Shown here: positions 36,927-50,319 of the stretch, piece after piece
How the letters are laid out: every line of letters begins with the position of its first letter
Numbering within the stretch: position 1 is the stretch's first letter
DNA from: Octopus sinensis
Taxonomy: Eukaryota
Assembly (NCBI RefSeq): GCF_006345805.1
Contig: NC_042998.1
Span: 106,330,001 to 106,394,000, forward strand
Direction: 5' to 3'
DNA: 64,000 bases
Translations under genes and position numbers: made by a program
The notes under the pieces: model-generated
Told to the model about the DNA's origin: nothing
What the model saw: only the letters and a program-made list of their open reading frames with translations
Databases searched by the model: none

Positions 36927-38181
36927 CACATTCGCCTCAGATTTTTCATGTTTCTCCAGCCACTAGTCTGAATATATTGACACAGTTTTTTCCCCCTTAA
37001 ATTGTTACCACTGAGCTATTACTAGTTCCATAATGTATTTTGTCGTCTTTATTTATTTATTTATTTACTATTTCTTGTGATAATTTTTTTTTTGATTCAG
37101 GAAATTTTGTTGAGTTATAAGAATTTTTTTTTAATTATAATCTATTTTGTTTTGCTTTTCAATATAATATTTTTTTATTTTGTTTGTTTTATATCAAGTC
37201 ACGAAAAAGAATATCCTATACAGTTAGTTATTCATAGACTATAAACCTTTATCCTTCTGCTAGGTGCCGTATAACGATTCGACTCAATATACTTGTCTTG
37301 AAGCATTCTTTTCTCAGTTGATTTATTTTTACATACCAAAATACAATGACACATATGTGTTTGTGTATGTATGTATGCATATATACATATATATATATAT
37401 ATATATATCAACATGAGCATAAAAATATTTTCACACTAGCAAATACACCGAAATACCATTATATCATTGACAAAAATATACAAACATGAATATAAAGGTA
37501 CATTCAGAGACACCTTAAGTGACACTAACAAATATATAAGTATAAACAAATCCATAGAAACACGCATACTTAAAATCAAAAAAAGCTCAGCCGCATACAC
37601 ACAAGCGTGTGTACACATCTACATAGCACTAAGTAAATATGTGAATACATACGCTATCGTATTAAATTACAGGCATATGCACTTACATACTCACTCATAG
37701 ATATGTACAAATACACACATACATGCATCTCATTGCAAGTGTGCAATAAAATAAACTCTATGAAAAAATATACACAACATACTCAAGCAAACTAACGAAG
37801 TTAAATAAGCTTGAAACGACTTAAATACACACATCAAAATATGCAGGTTCTTCTCTGGTGTTTACACACACACATATATATGTGCACGCACACACACATG
37901 TAGATACGTATACTCAGTCACACAGACGCTTTTGAAATAAATGTGGAAATTCCCCACCTTTTTATACACATAAACATTGAAATATAGCCAGACAGTAGCT
38001 GAAATATTAATACGAACATTCAAGTTTGCTGATGTGTGTGTGTGTGTGTAATGTTTATAAGTATTCATACCTTCGAGTGTGTGTGTGTATTTGTCATGAT
38101 AAATAAATATATATATATATATGTATATATCGTCACTTTTCTTTGATATGCATGGGTTGAAGTTTATTGAGGGCGATTTTC

Positions 38182-38599
38182 GGATCTTTTCGGTTTGAAC
38201 GGCAGTTTTTAACATAATTTCTAGGTAACTAAAAAATTTTAAACTTCGTATACTGGTAGAATGTGTTTATAAAGCATCTTTTTCTCTTGGCTTTATTGAG
38301 AAAATTCTATAGTTTGTAAGATATTTGTTGTTTTTTTTTTCATCAATTTCTGCAATTTCAACCAATCACTGACGTCTATTGAGGTAAACAAATAAACATT
38401 CTGTGCCGTATGAATATGTCCCTCATTTAAGAAACGGATTGAGTTTATTTACATTTCTGAAGAAAAAAAGATACCCTTCCCCCCACCCCTAACCCTAAAA
38501 CAGATTGAAATGCAATAGATCGATACTAGGGTCATAATTATGGGTGACAATTTCATATGACACCGCTAGAAAAAACTGCCGTTCAAACCGAAAAGATCC
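38182..38599. mobile_element. MITE with ~30-bp TIRs (copy B, less diverged)
   Basis: GGATCTTTTCGGTTTGAACGGCAGTTTTT ... AAAAACTGCCGTTCAAACCGAAAAGATCC. Confidence 0.88.
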
Positions 38600-39989
38600 C
38601 GATCCGGATACCCTTCCTGTCACTAAACCTCACCTTTTAAGGAAGGTTATATCGTCCCATGGCCAGACATATTGGTTATGAATGACATTGTTTGTATGAC
38701 AGTAATAATCATTCTACAACTATCACGCAACACCAAGAGGAGGAGACACAATCACACACACACACACTCACTCACATATCCAAAATCTACATCAAGGACT
38801 AGGTCCACAAGGTAAAAAGTGGCTATCAGAGAAATCCAGATGAATTGATATGGAGATAGTGATGCAGATAACCACGATTAAGCTTGATGTATATATATAT
38901 ATATAGATACACATAGAGATGCATATTGATACATATAATTAAATATATTCAGAAGATAAACATACACATAAACAAACAATTTAACATTACAATTATTACA
39001 TAATCCTGAGCTTCCAGAAACAGCTGTCGAGATAAAAAAAACTATGCATTCTCTTTTTAATATTCTGTATTTTTCTTGCCCTATGTCTATGTAAATATAT
39101 TTGTCTATATATCTATATACTTGTACATATATATCTTCTGAATGCATTTAGGTATGCCTATCTATATATATATGATGTTACTTTCAAAACCAGATATGCA
39201 TTGAAATGACTGGAGTAATTGAAGAAATTCAGTATCTAAATTTCAGCCAGATACCGATATTCACATGTCAGCCCTAGAAGGACTAAAGCAAGTTACCCAA
39301 GGAGGAATTTCAACCGTGATTCGTGGTCTGCTACCACAACAGCTCCTTTATAGGATCCAGTTAGCTCAAGGCATCCTCAGGAGAAACCACGTCCGGTTTC
39401 GGTCCCTACTCCTCGACCGTTTTGACGTGGCGGGGCCCCGCCTTTCGGAGGTGTCTCCAGCTCTGGTGTTGGATATATGTCTTCTTTCTTCTGTTCCCTG
39501 GCCTCTTCGATGTAGCATCAACGAGTGTCAGCGGGCAACTGACTGTCTTGTCAAATTGTTCCTTTAAATACCTGCTGCTAGACTCCAGCAGGCAGCCCCA
39601 GCAAATTGTCACGTGACACTGTCTCAACTTTAACTGACCAATTAAGGCACGTAGTCTTAGCCCACGCATTCTCTAAACGATACCGTCATCCGTTGATCAG
39701 CGAAGCTAATTCAGTGTCAGCTTGTCTCACCTAGTGATGGTTATTTTCCGCTGGCATGTTATGACTTTCAAGTCATTTTTGGTCTTCCCACATAGATTTC
39801 TCTTTGAATTTAAATCAACTGATGGGACATAATTCACATCAACCACATAAACACGTCTTGTTTTGTTTGAAAACTGTTCAAATATCTTAATTTGAATGCA
39901 AAATCCAGCAAATAAAATATTTGGTTTCGATTGAAAAGTACAATTTACAACTGAAAAATATACAGTGAACTCAATTTTATTCATTTTTC

Positions 39990-41470
39990 ACACATACACA
40001 TCGAAGTCATAGTGAAAAGAATACGAAAAAGTCTATTTTTGCTTCAAATTCTTATCAGAGTCCAGATTTGCATAAAATGCAAATTTCTAATCCTGTATCC
40101 AGTTTTCACCGTAATTCCTACCAAATGTGTTGAGTGTCTCTGAAATCGTGACATTCACTGGTAGCAACTCCAGACGTGTGATGACAGAGCATGATGCTTT
40201 CTTTTCACGCTTGAACAAGCTCATACTCGTTTCAACATCAGATTTGTAATTCACTTCGCTTCTCACAAGAACACACCAGGCGTACTAGAGTCGTGTTAGA
40301 AAAACAATCCATCTTTTTAAAATCGTTTGCAAGCAATTGGCAATCTCATTAGATCCTCGATAAGATTGATTTTCCGTCCATGTATATACAATATTTCTAT
40401 CTCCAGAACAGATTGCAAAATGATAGAATGCTAGTTTTCGGGAACAGTAAGCTTCTTGAATTGTGAGTCTTGGTAAATTATGAACTTGTTGTAGATCAAA
40501 AACTACTGTCAGAATACTAGGATCATCATTTGCCTCAAAATGTCATAGAATGCTTTGGCACGTAATTTGTGCACACGCAGATTTGCAATGTTTTCTTGTT
40601 TCGATCTTTCATCCGCAGAATTTTTAATGGCATATTTTGTCCTCTCGCAAAATGCACAGGTGTCCACTCGAGCGCTACGGAAACCAGTGTTAAATTCATT
40701 TACAAAGATTCTGTAGAACATCGTGAATTTTACTTTGTGCTCTTCAGTAGATCGGTTATAAACACACCATAAATGAGGGATGCTTTTCATCTCCGCTGGT
40801 ACGTACATTCGAACGCTTTTATTTCGACCATAATGACTTTCAATGCCTTTAAAGTTTCCAATAAATCGCCCGACAGAGTTTCTCTTCTCAATACTCGTAT
40901 GAGATTTTCTATCCCCACCACGATTTTCCTCTGCCATATGTCCAGTCTGTCTAAAGCGTTTGATAAAGCCATCAACTTTATTTTTTTCCAGTTGGCTCAA
41001 CAATTTACAGGAAGGTTTCTCTGCACACTTTCACTAGCCACGCATTCTGTTTCCTCACCATGTACGAATTTGATGACTGATGTGGTTTCTTATCAGCAGT
41101 TCTGGTCTTCCGTTTGACAATATTCAGATTCACATGGAGAAGTAAAAAATTATCTTGTTGAATTTTATGTGGTTTCTCAAATAGCTTACGGCGAAAGTAC
41201 AAAACATCCCCTTCAGTGAGATCGGTGCACTTGAAAACATTCTTGTTTTTACGACTACAAGTTCTCAGCCAAATATACTCGCCTGTAGCACTGTATCGTT
41301 TCCTTTTTTCGGTGTCACGTTTGCGAATGGTGTTATTCTTCTTTTTACAAATTCCCTTGTTCCCATCACTGATAGGAATCAATTCATTTCCGTCATTTTG
41401 CATAATTTTCTGTGACATTTCCTCGCCTAAGGTAGTCGTCTTTAGAATTTCCCAAAAGATAGGCACTGAT
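39990..41470 (-). pseudogene. Decayed DDD-type cut-and-paste transposase (Sola-like by motif), with internal deletion
   Basis: GGDRKS, IESHYGRNKSVRMY, FNTGFRSARVDTCAFC, then after a frameshift VVFDLQQVHNLP...AYCSRKLAFYHF...WTENQSYRGSNEIANCL; later catalytic motifs missing; superfamily label is from recall. Confidence 0.72.
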
Positions 41471-41775
41471 TAGCCAGCATGCAGATATCCTGATTTGTTT
41501 AAAGCAACAACTTGAATATATCTGATTTTGATTGGCAGACTAAGATTCGCCTACTGTCTATGTGGCATCTATCCCAGTTTGGCTGAAAAAAAAATTTCAC
41601 GTGCGTGAAACCAGCAGCTTGCAGATTGTTTTAATGGTTATTATGGAATCGACCAAGTATGCACTTATACTGGTTTTGAAAGTAAGCTCCTCATATACAT
41701 ATCTGTGTCTGTGTGCGCGCGCGTGTGTGTATGTGTGTTTATAGATATCAAGCCTAATCATGTGTATCTACATTA

Positions 41776-41789
<14 letters not shown>

Positions 41790-41816
<27 letters not shown>

Positions 41817-41869
41817 ATATATATATATATACATAATAATATATATATATACATAATATATATATACAT

Positions 41870-41910
<41 letters not shown>

Positions 41911-42480
41911 CATACATACATACATACAATACATACATATATACCCCAAATGCACACAACCCCACACTCACACACGTACTCACACATATGCACACACACA
42001 TTCTCACTCCATCCACGTACACATGCCAACACACACACACCCTCACTCATTCACACAGCTACACACACCCATTCACACACCCTTCAGACAACACAACCAC
42101 ACTTCTCTCCCTTTCATGCACACGTACACACAAACACATCCACATCCACCCATTCACATACCTTTCAGAATACTTCAGACAGTCTCTCACACACCCTTCA
42201 GACTGCCCAAACTCATTATTGACCATTCCATCTATGCACACATGCTAACACACACACACACACACATACTGCACACACACCGTACACACACACCTGTCAC
42301 TATAGCTGCTGATCTCTCACAACATTAACTCACACATGCTACCATACACACACACACACTCAGTTACTGACATGAACACACACACATACACACGCTAGCT
42401 GCCACATACACACACATGCTATCACACACACACACATGCATGTCACCACTCATATACATGCACACACACAGAGAAACCAA
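41790..42480. repeat. Compound (AT)n/(CA)n low-complexity region
   Basis: Direct inspection. Confidence 0.9.
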
Positions 42481-42764
42481 CCATTCTTCATACTCTCCTG
42501 TCCAGAAAGCACTTTTCTCTTTGTCCTTCTACTTCTGGTCATTTCAAAATGTACCTACACATGGACTGTTGGTGATTTTTTTCCCTCCTTCTTCCTTTTC
42601 TTTTGGACTTTTCTGTGTCTCCTGTTTCCAAAGAAGAGCTATGCCCAAAGCATAAAACAACCACTCTTTTCCTTCTCAGAGCATCTTATTAATATTTTAC
42701 ATGTGCTACGTCCTCATATTGTTGTTTTTTACCTATTGTCTTTTTCTGTTTTTTTAATTAATTT

Positions 42765-42799
<35 letters not shown>

Positions 42800-42966
42800 A
42801 TATCACCTTGATCACCTTGACTGACCAGTCCGTTGGGCGTCCATTTGACACTGCTGGTCACAGCACGCTGTCCACTCCTCTCTGGATCACGCCTTTCTCA
42901 TCCATGTGATCCCAATCGTCCTCCTGAAATCGTAACTCCACCGTCGTGGAGGCCTTCCAAGTGGTC

Positions 42967-42968
<2 letters not shown>
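42800..42968 (-). mobile_element. 3' end of a second RTE-like LINE family
   Basis: Translates to RRTIGITWMRKA*SREEW (typical RTE C-terminus) followed by a (CAAGGTGAT)2 tail. Confidence 0.6.
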
Positions 42969-43003
<35 letters not shown>

Positions 43004-43864
43004 AAAGCAATAAATTTAAAGTCTGGTCATAGTGACCAATGGTTCACATCATAAAAGTTGCAGCTTTGTGGACAGCTCATCAGACTCTATACCAAGATAA
43101 ATTTAGCTCTTCACCTCTTGGAGGCAGAAAATTTTACTCACTTACATATATCTGTCCTCACTTTATGATGAAGTTGTAGAGATGCATTTGTGTCATATAA
43201 TATGTCTTCAGCAATTTCATTATCTTATTGAGCTTGGCAGAGTCCATTCTTCTGCAGGTCTCACCATAGCCGTTCTTTTTCTTTTTTCTTTTTCTTTTTC
43301 CAAGTCCAGAGAAAAATAGAAGACATGACTCTGAAAGAATAAAAAGGAGGTTCGTGTTGCCCCACTGTCAAGGAAAAGAGAGCCTCAGCAGCAGCACCAG
43401 TTGCACACAGTAAACATACATGCACAAGATATGCAGTGGGTATACCCAACCACATGTGCACTCTGGTAACTGGTATAGCTAATAATTCTCTCTTCATCCC
43501 CTAGACAGTGAGGTGCCACCAGCAACCTGTCCACCAACCATGGTGCTTGAAATAGGAATTTTTATCTCTATCTGGTGCTGCCACTTTATGAATACTGATA
43601 TCAACACCATGTGATCTGCCTTGATCAATAGCAGCCCAATCTCCAGTAACCATCTTGAACTTTCTCCTTTCAGTTACTTATGCCTGAAGAGCCAGGCTCA
43701 TTTTACAAGCTCATGAAGTTTTAAGTTGCATTGAAATAAATCAAGCTGTTATTAAATAATATATGTAATTCCTACAAATGTGTTGATGTCACTTTCCTTG
43801 TTTGTCTATTTACTCATATATAGTGTGTGTGTGTGTGTGTGTGTATACATATATATAAATATAT

Positions 43865-43930
<66 letters not shown>

Positions 43931-44176
43931 CATATATATAATATATATAATAGAAATATTAAAATTACTAAGTCTCTCTAAAAGAGAACACGGCAGCGTT
44001 CCTGGAAATTAATAGTTATCGCCATACTAATATGGCATTCTTATAAAAAAGAAAATAAAGCTGTCGCGCTTATTAGCTCCTGAGGCCATCGCCTTAATTA
44101 GCTATTTGATACACAAACTGTATCCATATAACCTTCGAACAAGGGAGGTCAGTTGCTCCACACTACTTGATCGACA

Positions 44177-44218
44177 GCTACAGACGCGTTTTCGGGTATT
44201 GCCCCTTGTCAATGTAGC
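44177..44218 (-). ncRNA. Second copy of the same hammerhead (CCC-GAAAA instead of CCCC-GAAA)
   Basis: Reverse complement reads GCTACATTGACAAGGGGCAATACCCGAAAACGCGTCTGTAGC. Confidence 0.68.
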
Positions 44219-44430
44219 GTAGTCAGACCAGTAGGTGTCGCTTCCGACTATCTCTGTTCGAAGGTTTTATTTACCTAGTTTTGGTGGAATACATCCACTT
44301 GTTTTCAATAATAGAAATATTAAAATTACTAAGTCTCTCTAAAAGAGAACACGCAGCGTTCCTGGAAATTAATAGTTATCGCCATACTAATATGGCATTC
44401 TTATAAAAATAAAAATACTGGTCTGACTAC

Positions 44431-44472
44431 GCTACATTGACAAGGGGCAATACCCCGAAACGCGTCTGTAGC
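44431..44472 (+). ncRNA. Minimal type-I hammerhead ribozyme, U3:A8 covariant core
   Basis: GCTACA-TTGACAA-GGGG CAATA CCCC-GAAA-CGCG-TC-TGTAGC; all three stems pair, GUC triplet. Confidence 0.8.
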
Positions 44473-44709
44473 TGTCGATCAAGTAGTGTGGAGCGACTGA
44501 CCTCCCTTGTTCGAAGGTTATATGGATACAGTTTGTGTATCAAATAGCTAACTTAAGGCGATGGCCTCATGGAGCTAATAAGCGGACAGCTTTATTCTTA
44601 TTTTTATAAGAATGCCATATTAGTATGGCGATAACTATTAATATATATATATATGATGATATATATATATATATATAAGTGTGCTTATATATTATAAGTA
44701 ATATATATA

Positions 44710-45070
44710 TATATTACAATTAATAAAAGGAATGACCACTAAAGAGGATTCCTATACGCTAGATATAGACGTCAAATCGCCATACCACAAAGAGTGTGTT
44801 CTCAAGAAAAAAAAAACAGCAAACACCAAAATGTAAAAAAATAAGCAAAGCAAATGAAAATTTACAAAATAAAATGAATACCTACGTATCATGATTTCAT
44901 TATTAATACTTGCAAGTATTCATTTTCATTTGCCTTGCTTAATTTTTACATTTTGGCATTTGCTTGTATTTTTCTTGAGAACACACTCTTTGTGGTAAGG
45001 TGATTTGACGTCTATTTCTAGTGTATAGGAATCCACTTTAGTGGTCATTCCTCTTATTAATTGTAATATA
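44710..45070. repeat. Fold-back element in an (AT)n tract, ~155-170-bp inverted arms
   Basis: Arms about 44710-44882 and 44916-45070. Confidence 0.85.
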
Positions 45071-46189
45071 ATTTTTAAATCTTCGGATTTTTTTGAATAT
45101 GCTATACCACTGGTTTAAATTGATGTTAATTGATTGATATCAATTTCTACCCTCAGTATTTTAAATATATATATATAATATATATATATATGTAATACTC
45201 TTGTATTCTTTTCCACACACTCAGCAACCCTGGTTGCCTACCGAGGAATATAAAAAGAACTATCTTCAGCTCATTGTTATTTGATAAAAGAAAAAAAATC
45301 CGCAATCTTCCATCTCACTAAACCACTGTTGTTCCCGAAAGTCTTTAATTCACTATGGATTGCTCAAAGCTAACTTTCTTCCTACACCTCAACCGCTGGA
45401 TCTTACATATATATATCTGTACACACACACACACACACATATATTTATATATATATATAGTTTGGTAAGATCAACAAAAGAAGTTCTCTAACTGGTGAGA
45501 GCGATAAATATCCATTTAAATACACACTAATAGTTTCGATACTTGAACAGGCATATATTTATAAAATATGGCATGTATCTTAAAGTAATCTTTCAGGGCC
45601 TGAAGGAGTTCTTTCTGTAGCTCTTTCGGTTGTGAATTTAAATTGATATGTTTATGTGTGTGTGTCTGTGCATATGTCTCCTCCCACCACTTGGCAACCA
45701 GTGTTGGTATGTTTACATCCTTGTAACTAATCATTTCAGCGAAAGAAATCGATAGAATAAGAACCGAGCTTTAGCCCTTTAGCATTGAAATTATTCTGTC
45801 AAATGTAATGCTTATTTATTCAAATTGTTCTGAATTAGTTCTGCATCAACTTATAGCTTTGAGATTTCAGTGAAGTGATTGCATATTTTCAGAATGGATT
45901 GCAGAATAAGTGTGAGAGGTCAGATATGGCCAATTGAAATCCTAAAGTATTAAAAAGTAAAATAAGTACTGCAGCTGATTAGTTGGCTAAAATTCTTCAA
46001 AGTAGTGTCCCAGCATGGATACAGTCTAATGACTGAAACAAGTAAAGGATAGAAGAGCAGTGAGACTCAAGCATGTCACAAACATAATCAGCCAAAGTAG
46101 TACTAGGAAATGCCACAACTAATGTTTGGTGTAGCAGTATAATCAACAACTCTCACAAAGGCCTCTTTCCTGAGTAACTGCAGAGTTAT

Positions 46190-46750
46190 TTTGGAAAGAA
46201 GCAACTACAGAGGCCTCAAACTGATGAACTAGGTTATAAAAGTAATATAAGTAATGTAAAGCGTATTAACACAATTAATTAGGAAGAGAGTCAGCTTAGA
46301 TGAGACGCAGTTTGGATTTGTGCCAGGCTGTTGAAATACTGATGCACTTTTCATAGTGAAGCAGCTGCAAAAGAAATTTATTGCAAAGAAAATACATTTC
46401 TACCAAGCATTTGTTGTTCTGGAGAAGGCTTCTGATGGGGAATCACAAGCAGTAGTCTGGTGGTTTGAGGAGAGAGCAGTATAAGTTGTGTATAGTGATG
46501 CAGTTAGTAATATGAGAATTTACAGTGAGTTCAGAGAGAAATTTCTTGTGCAGGTAGGTGTTCAACAAGGCTCAGTTCTCTTCTTAGTCTTATTTATTAT
46601 AGCTCTCCAAGCTATAACAATGACATTTAAGACCAGTTGTCTTAAATGAGAACTCCTGTATGCTGATGACCTCGTACTTATAGCTGAGTCTGTGAAACAG
46701 AGAAGAAATTCTTGATATGTGAAAACAAAACCTAGAATCGTTGCTAAAAA
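46190..46750 (+). pseudogene. Decayed RTE RT fragment
   Basis: NYRGLKL, QFGFVPG, GVQQGSVL, LLYADDL remnants. Confidence 0.78.
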
Positions 46751-47006
46751 TGAAACGCACAACCAAAACGTGGTCCTCCAACCAGTCTTAGAAGGATTTG
46801 ATCATGATGACCTGTCAAACCCATACCAGCAGGGTAAGTGAATGTAAAATGATGGTGGTGATAACGACAACGATGATGATGATGACAATGTTGACGTGGG
46901 GGGGGTGATGATTTATGCGGTTGTCATTCTCATCAGTCCTGATGAGCAGACTCATAATCAAAAGCATATTGGCTGTGGCCACTGCCTTCTTAACCATGAT
47001 ATATAT

Positions 47007-47238
47007 ATTTCTTTACTACCCACAAGGGACTAAACACAGAGGGGACAAACAAGGACAGACAAAGGGATTAAGTCAACTACATCGACCCCAGTGCGTAACT
47101 GGTACTTAATTTATCAACCCCGAAAGGATGAAAGGCAAAGTCGACCTCGGCGGAATTTGAACTCGGAACGTAACGACAGACGAAATACGGCTACGAATCT
47201 CGCCCGGCGTGCTAACGTTTCTACCAGCTCGCCGCCTT
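47007..47238 (-). mobile_element. Young tRNA-derived SINE (Meta-like domain), CpGs intact
   Basis: GGCGAGCTGGTAGAAACGTTAGC head, GAGTTCAAATTCC B-box, TTTCATCCTTTCGGGGTTGATAAATTAAGTACCAG. Confidence 0.85.
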
Positions 47239-47517
47239 GATATATAATATATCCCAGACTACATCACCCAATCGTACTGTATTCTGTAGCTTTTTTGCTT
47301 TGTTCTGTTTTTTTAGCCATCATGGCTAAGATCATACTTGAGCACTTGTTATTTTAATTTAGACAGTACAATGTGGTCTAAGGGAGATTTAGTTGCTAGA
47401 AGGCAGAAGCTCCTTCATTTATTCCTCCATAGATATGTATATTCAAAGGTGCCATCTTAACAATGTGTAAAGTGTGATCAAAAATCTTAGTTTTCTTGTA
47501 AAAGTGTAAATTCTCTT

Positions 47518-47925
47518 GTTTTAATTTTTATTTTTCATTGTTTACTTGTTTCAGTCATTGGATTATAGCCAAGCTGGGGCACTGACTCAGATTTAGTCAA
47601 ACAAATCAATCTCAGTACTTATTTTATAAAAGCCTGATACTTATTCTATCTAACTCTTTTTGCTAAACTGCTAAGTTACAGTGACATATGCAAACCAACA
47701 CCAGTTGTCAAGCAGTGGAGGGGGACAAATACAAACACACACACTCACGCACACATATGTGTATATACAATGGGCTTCTTTCAGTTTCTATTTGCCAGAT
47801 CCATTCATAGGGCTTTAGTTGGCTTTGGGCTATAGGAGAAGACACTTGCTCAATGTACCACGCAGTGGGATTGAACCCAGAACTATGTGGTTGGGAAACA
47901 AAATTTGTATTATGCAGCTACATCG
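47518..47925 (-). mobile_element. CORE-type SINE, full length, diverged
   Basis: Colinear with 59564-59971. Confidence 0.8.
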
Positions 47926-50319
47926 GCATATAGAATATTTCTTCAATTAAATTATGAAACTAATTACAAATGTAGATTCTTCTCACTGTGAGAAAAAAAA
48001 ATCATATATTTTGAAGATACTCACTTGTTATTTTCTAGTTTTTATATTTCTCCAGAGCAATGTTTCATGATTTCTATAAACCCCAAGAGAGTAAACCAAA
48101 CCACATTCCGCCATATATCATTTGAATAAGAATAATTTAATGGTATTTTCTCATGTATTTATTGTTTGAACAAATGGATAGTGACAGGTTGGCAGCCATT
48201 AAGCTCAGTATTCAATATATTTCAGTATTTAGTATTGTCTCTCACTTTGTTCTGGGATCAAATCTCAACAGGTTTAGTTTTCTCTTTCTTCTTTTCAACT
48301 TCATAAAAATAAAAACTAGTCATGTACTAAGATTAGTTTTGTCAGGATTTGAACCCCAACTGTAAGATATTCAGTTAGAAACCACTAGTGATCCACCACA
48401 GTTTTACATGATTGATCTATAAATTGACTGATCAACACGAAACTGTGGTATGATATGCTTCCTCAGATGATCTAAACTTTATCTCCTTTTCACCCCATAA
48501 AAACCGTTTGGTGCCTAACTCAACTAGATGGCCTTAACATACTACCAAGACCAGACAGCCTCAGGTATTCAAGCAGACAGCCTCAGGCATTCAGGCAGAT
48601 CACTTTGGGCACTCACAAAAGGCAGACCACTCAGACAGAGCACCTCAAGTAACAAGCAACTTCAGACGCTCATACACAATGTCTTACAGCTAGCCTTCAA
48701 CAAGACACAGAGCAGTTCTCTCTTCCTAGTCAGCAGTTATATTATTGGCATCTTTCTTTTGTAAACAGCCAATGCAGTAAATCATGTACAGCAGTGAATA
48801 TGTTGAAAGATGAAAGTTCATGAGTTTGCTTCATTTATTATACAACGATGGTTCTCAGCAATTCAACATACACCAACAAGCAACCACTACAATGGTAACC
48901 AATTTACTATCATGATATTGGTGAACAAACAACCTGTGCCACAGTTCAAAACATTATTTCCTTTCTACACAACATGTGTGCTTGAGATAATATGAGAAAT
49001 TATGCACATATAAGAATTTCAGCAAAGTCAAATCAATGAGCTAGTTTTTGTTGTTACTTGTCCTACTAGAAACATCAACTAAATTTTCTTCAAATTAAGG
49101 AAGGACATTGGATAATTTAGTCTTAGATATACAGCATCCAAATGGAAAGTGAAATGTTCACGAGAAGGCTTTTTTCATAGGCCTGTTGCTGCTGTTGTTG
49201 TTGTTGACATTGTTCAGCCCCATGCCAACTTCATTTGGACAGATCTATCATCAAAAGCATTCCAGCCATGACCGTCCCATTTTTATACTTATGAGTCTAG
49301 AAGCCAAGACCACATTATTTAACATGTCCTTTTCAAAGATGGCAGGGTGTGATTAGAAAGAGTTTGACATTTATTTCTAGCATATTGAGTGAACATGTAG
49401 TACCTAAGTTATGATTTATCACTATACTGGGTTTCTAGTTGAACAAATAGGAAAGAAGAGAGATAAGAAATGAAAAGAAAGAAAAGGAAAAAGAACAGTG
49501 GGGTGGGGTAAAGCTGCAGAAGATGGAGGGGAGGGAGCAATGTGCTACATACCCCAGAACAAATGTATCCCACAGTAATGACTGATGGCATTGTCATGGA
49601 GAATGGCCAAAAACACTCACTGCAGGGTTCATTTCTCAAATGGGCCACTGTTATCCCTATTCTGTAGAAGAAATCAGCAGTACAGGATGCGACCGGCACA
49701 AACTGGGAACAGCCAGCCAGTCCCCTGTATTTATTGATTTTTTTCTCCTCATTGAAGCTAACACAAAATATATGCCATGGAGAAGTATTTTCTTATCACT
49801 TTAAGTAGCAAAGGTTACTTCTATAGTTGCTGGTAAGTGTTTTGCTAACTTTCAGAATTGAATTTAAATCTTTCCTTCAGACATGTGGTTGCAATAGATA
49901 AACTAATGCTTATTGCTGTTGTTATTTAGCCTTCTGTCAGCCCTAATTAAGCAAAACTATGATCAAAAACATTCCAGCCGTTTCTTGTTTACCTTTTTTT
50001 CCAAACATAATATATCCAGAACTACATACTCTGGTGTAGCCTTCTGTTATGAGATTGTAGAATATGATTTGAGAGAACTATACTTCTTAATCTTCTATTA
50101 CATCTATTCTATTTCTATTACATTAAGGATGCTTTATAGAAATTTCAAATTGACACTAGTCCTTGACTAGTTTTTATCAACTGTAGTAGAAAAAAGCAAA
50201 GTTGACCATGGCAGAATTTGGATTCAGTATGTAAGGAGTTGTATCTAAATATTACATATACTAGCTGGTCCCATGCCATCAAAAATGATGACTAATTAGA
50301 GTATTTTATATCTAAACTA

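Larger units (their letters stand above)
43949..44642. mobile_element. PLE-type non-autonomous element: tandem plus inverted pseudo-LTR blocks with two HHRs
   Basis: Direct repeat 43949-44050 / 44309-44410; inverted block about 44063-44234 / 44417-44600; flanked by (AT)n. Confidence 0.8.

Noticed and set aside
39815-41585. Possible TIR pair for the Sola-like element (AACTGATGGGACATAATTCACAT vs reverse complement AACTGGGATAGATGCCACAT)
   Set aside because: Similarity too short and gapped, no TSD
43305-43504. Open frame after a strong pyrimidine tract
   Set aside because: The tract is a (CTTTTT)n microsatellite; no good donor and no recognisable peptide
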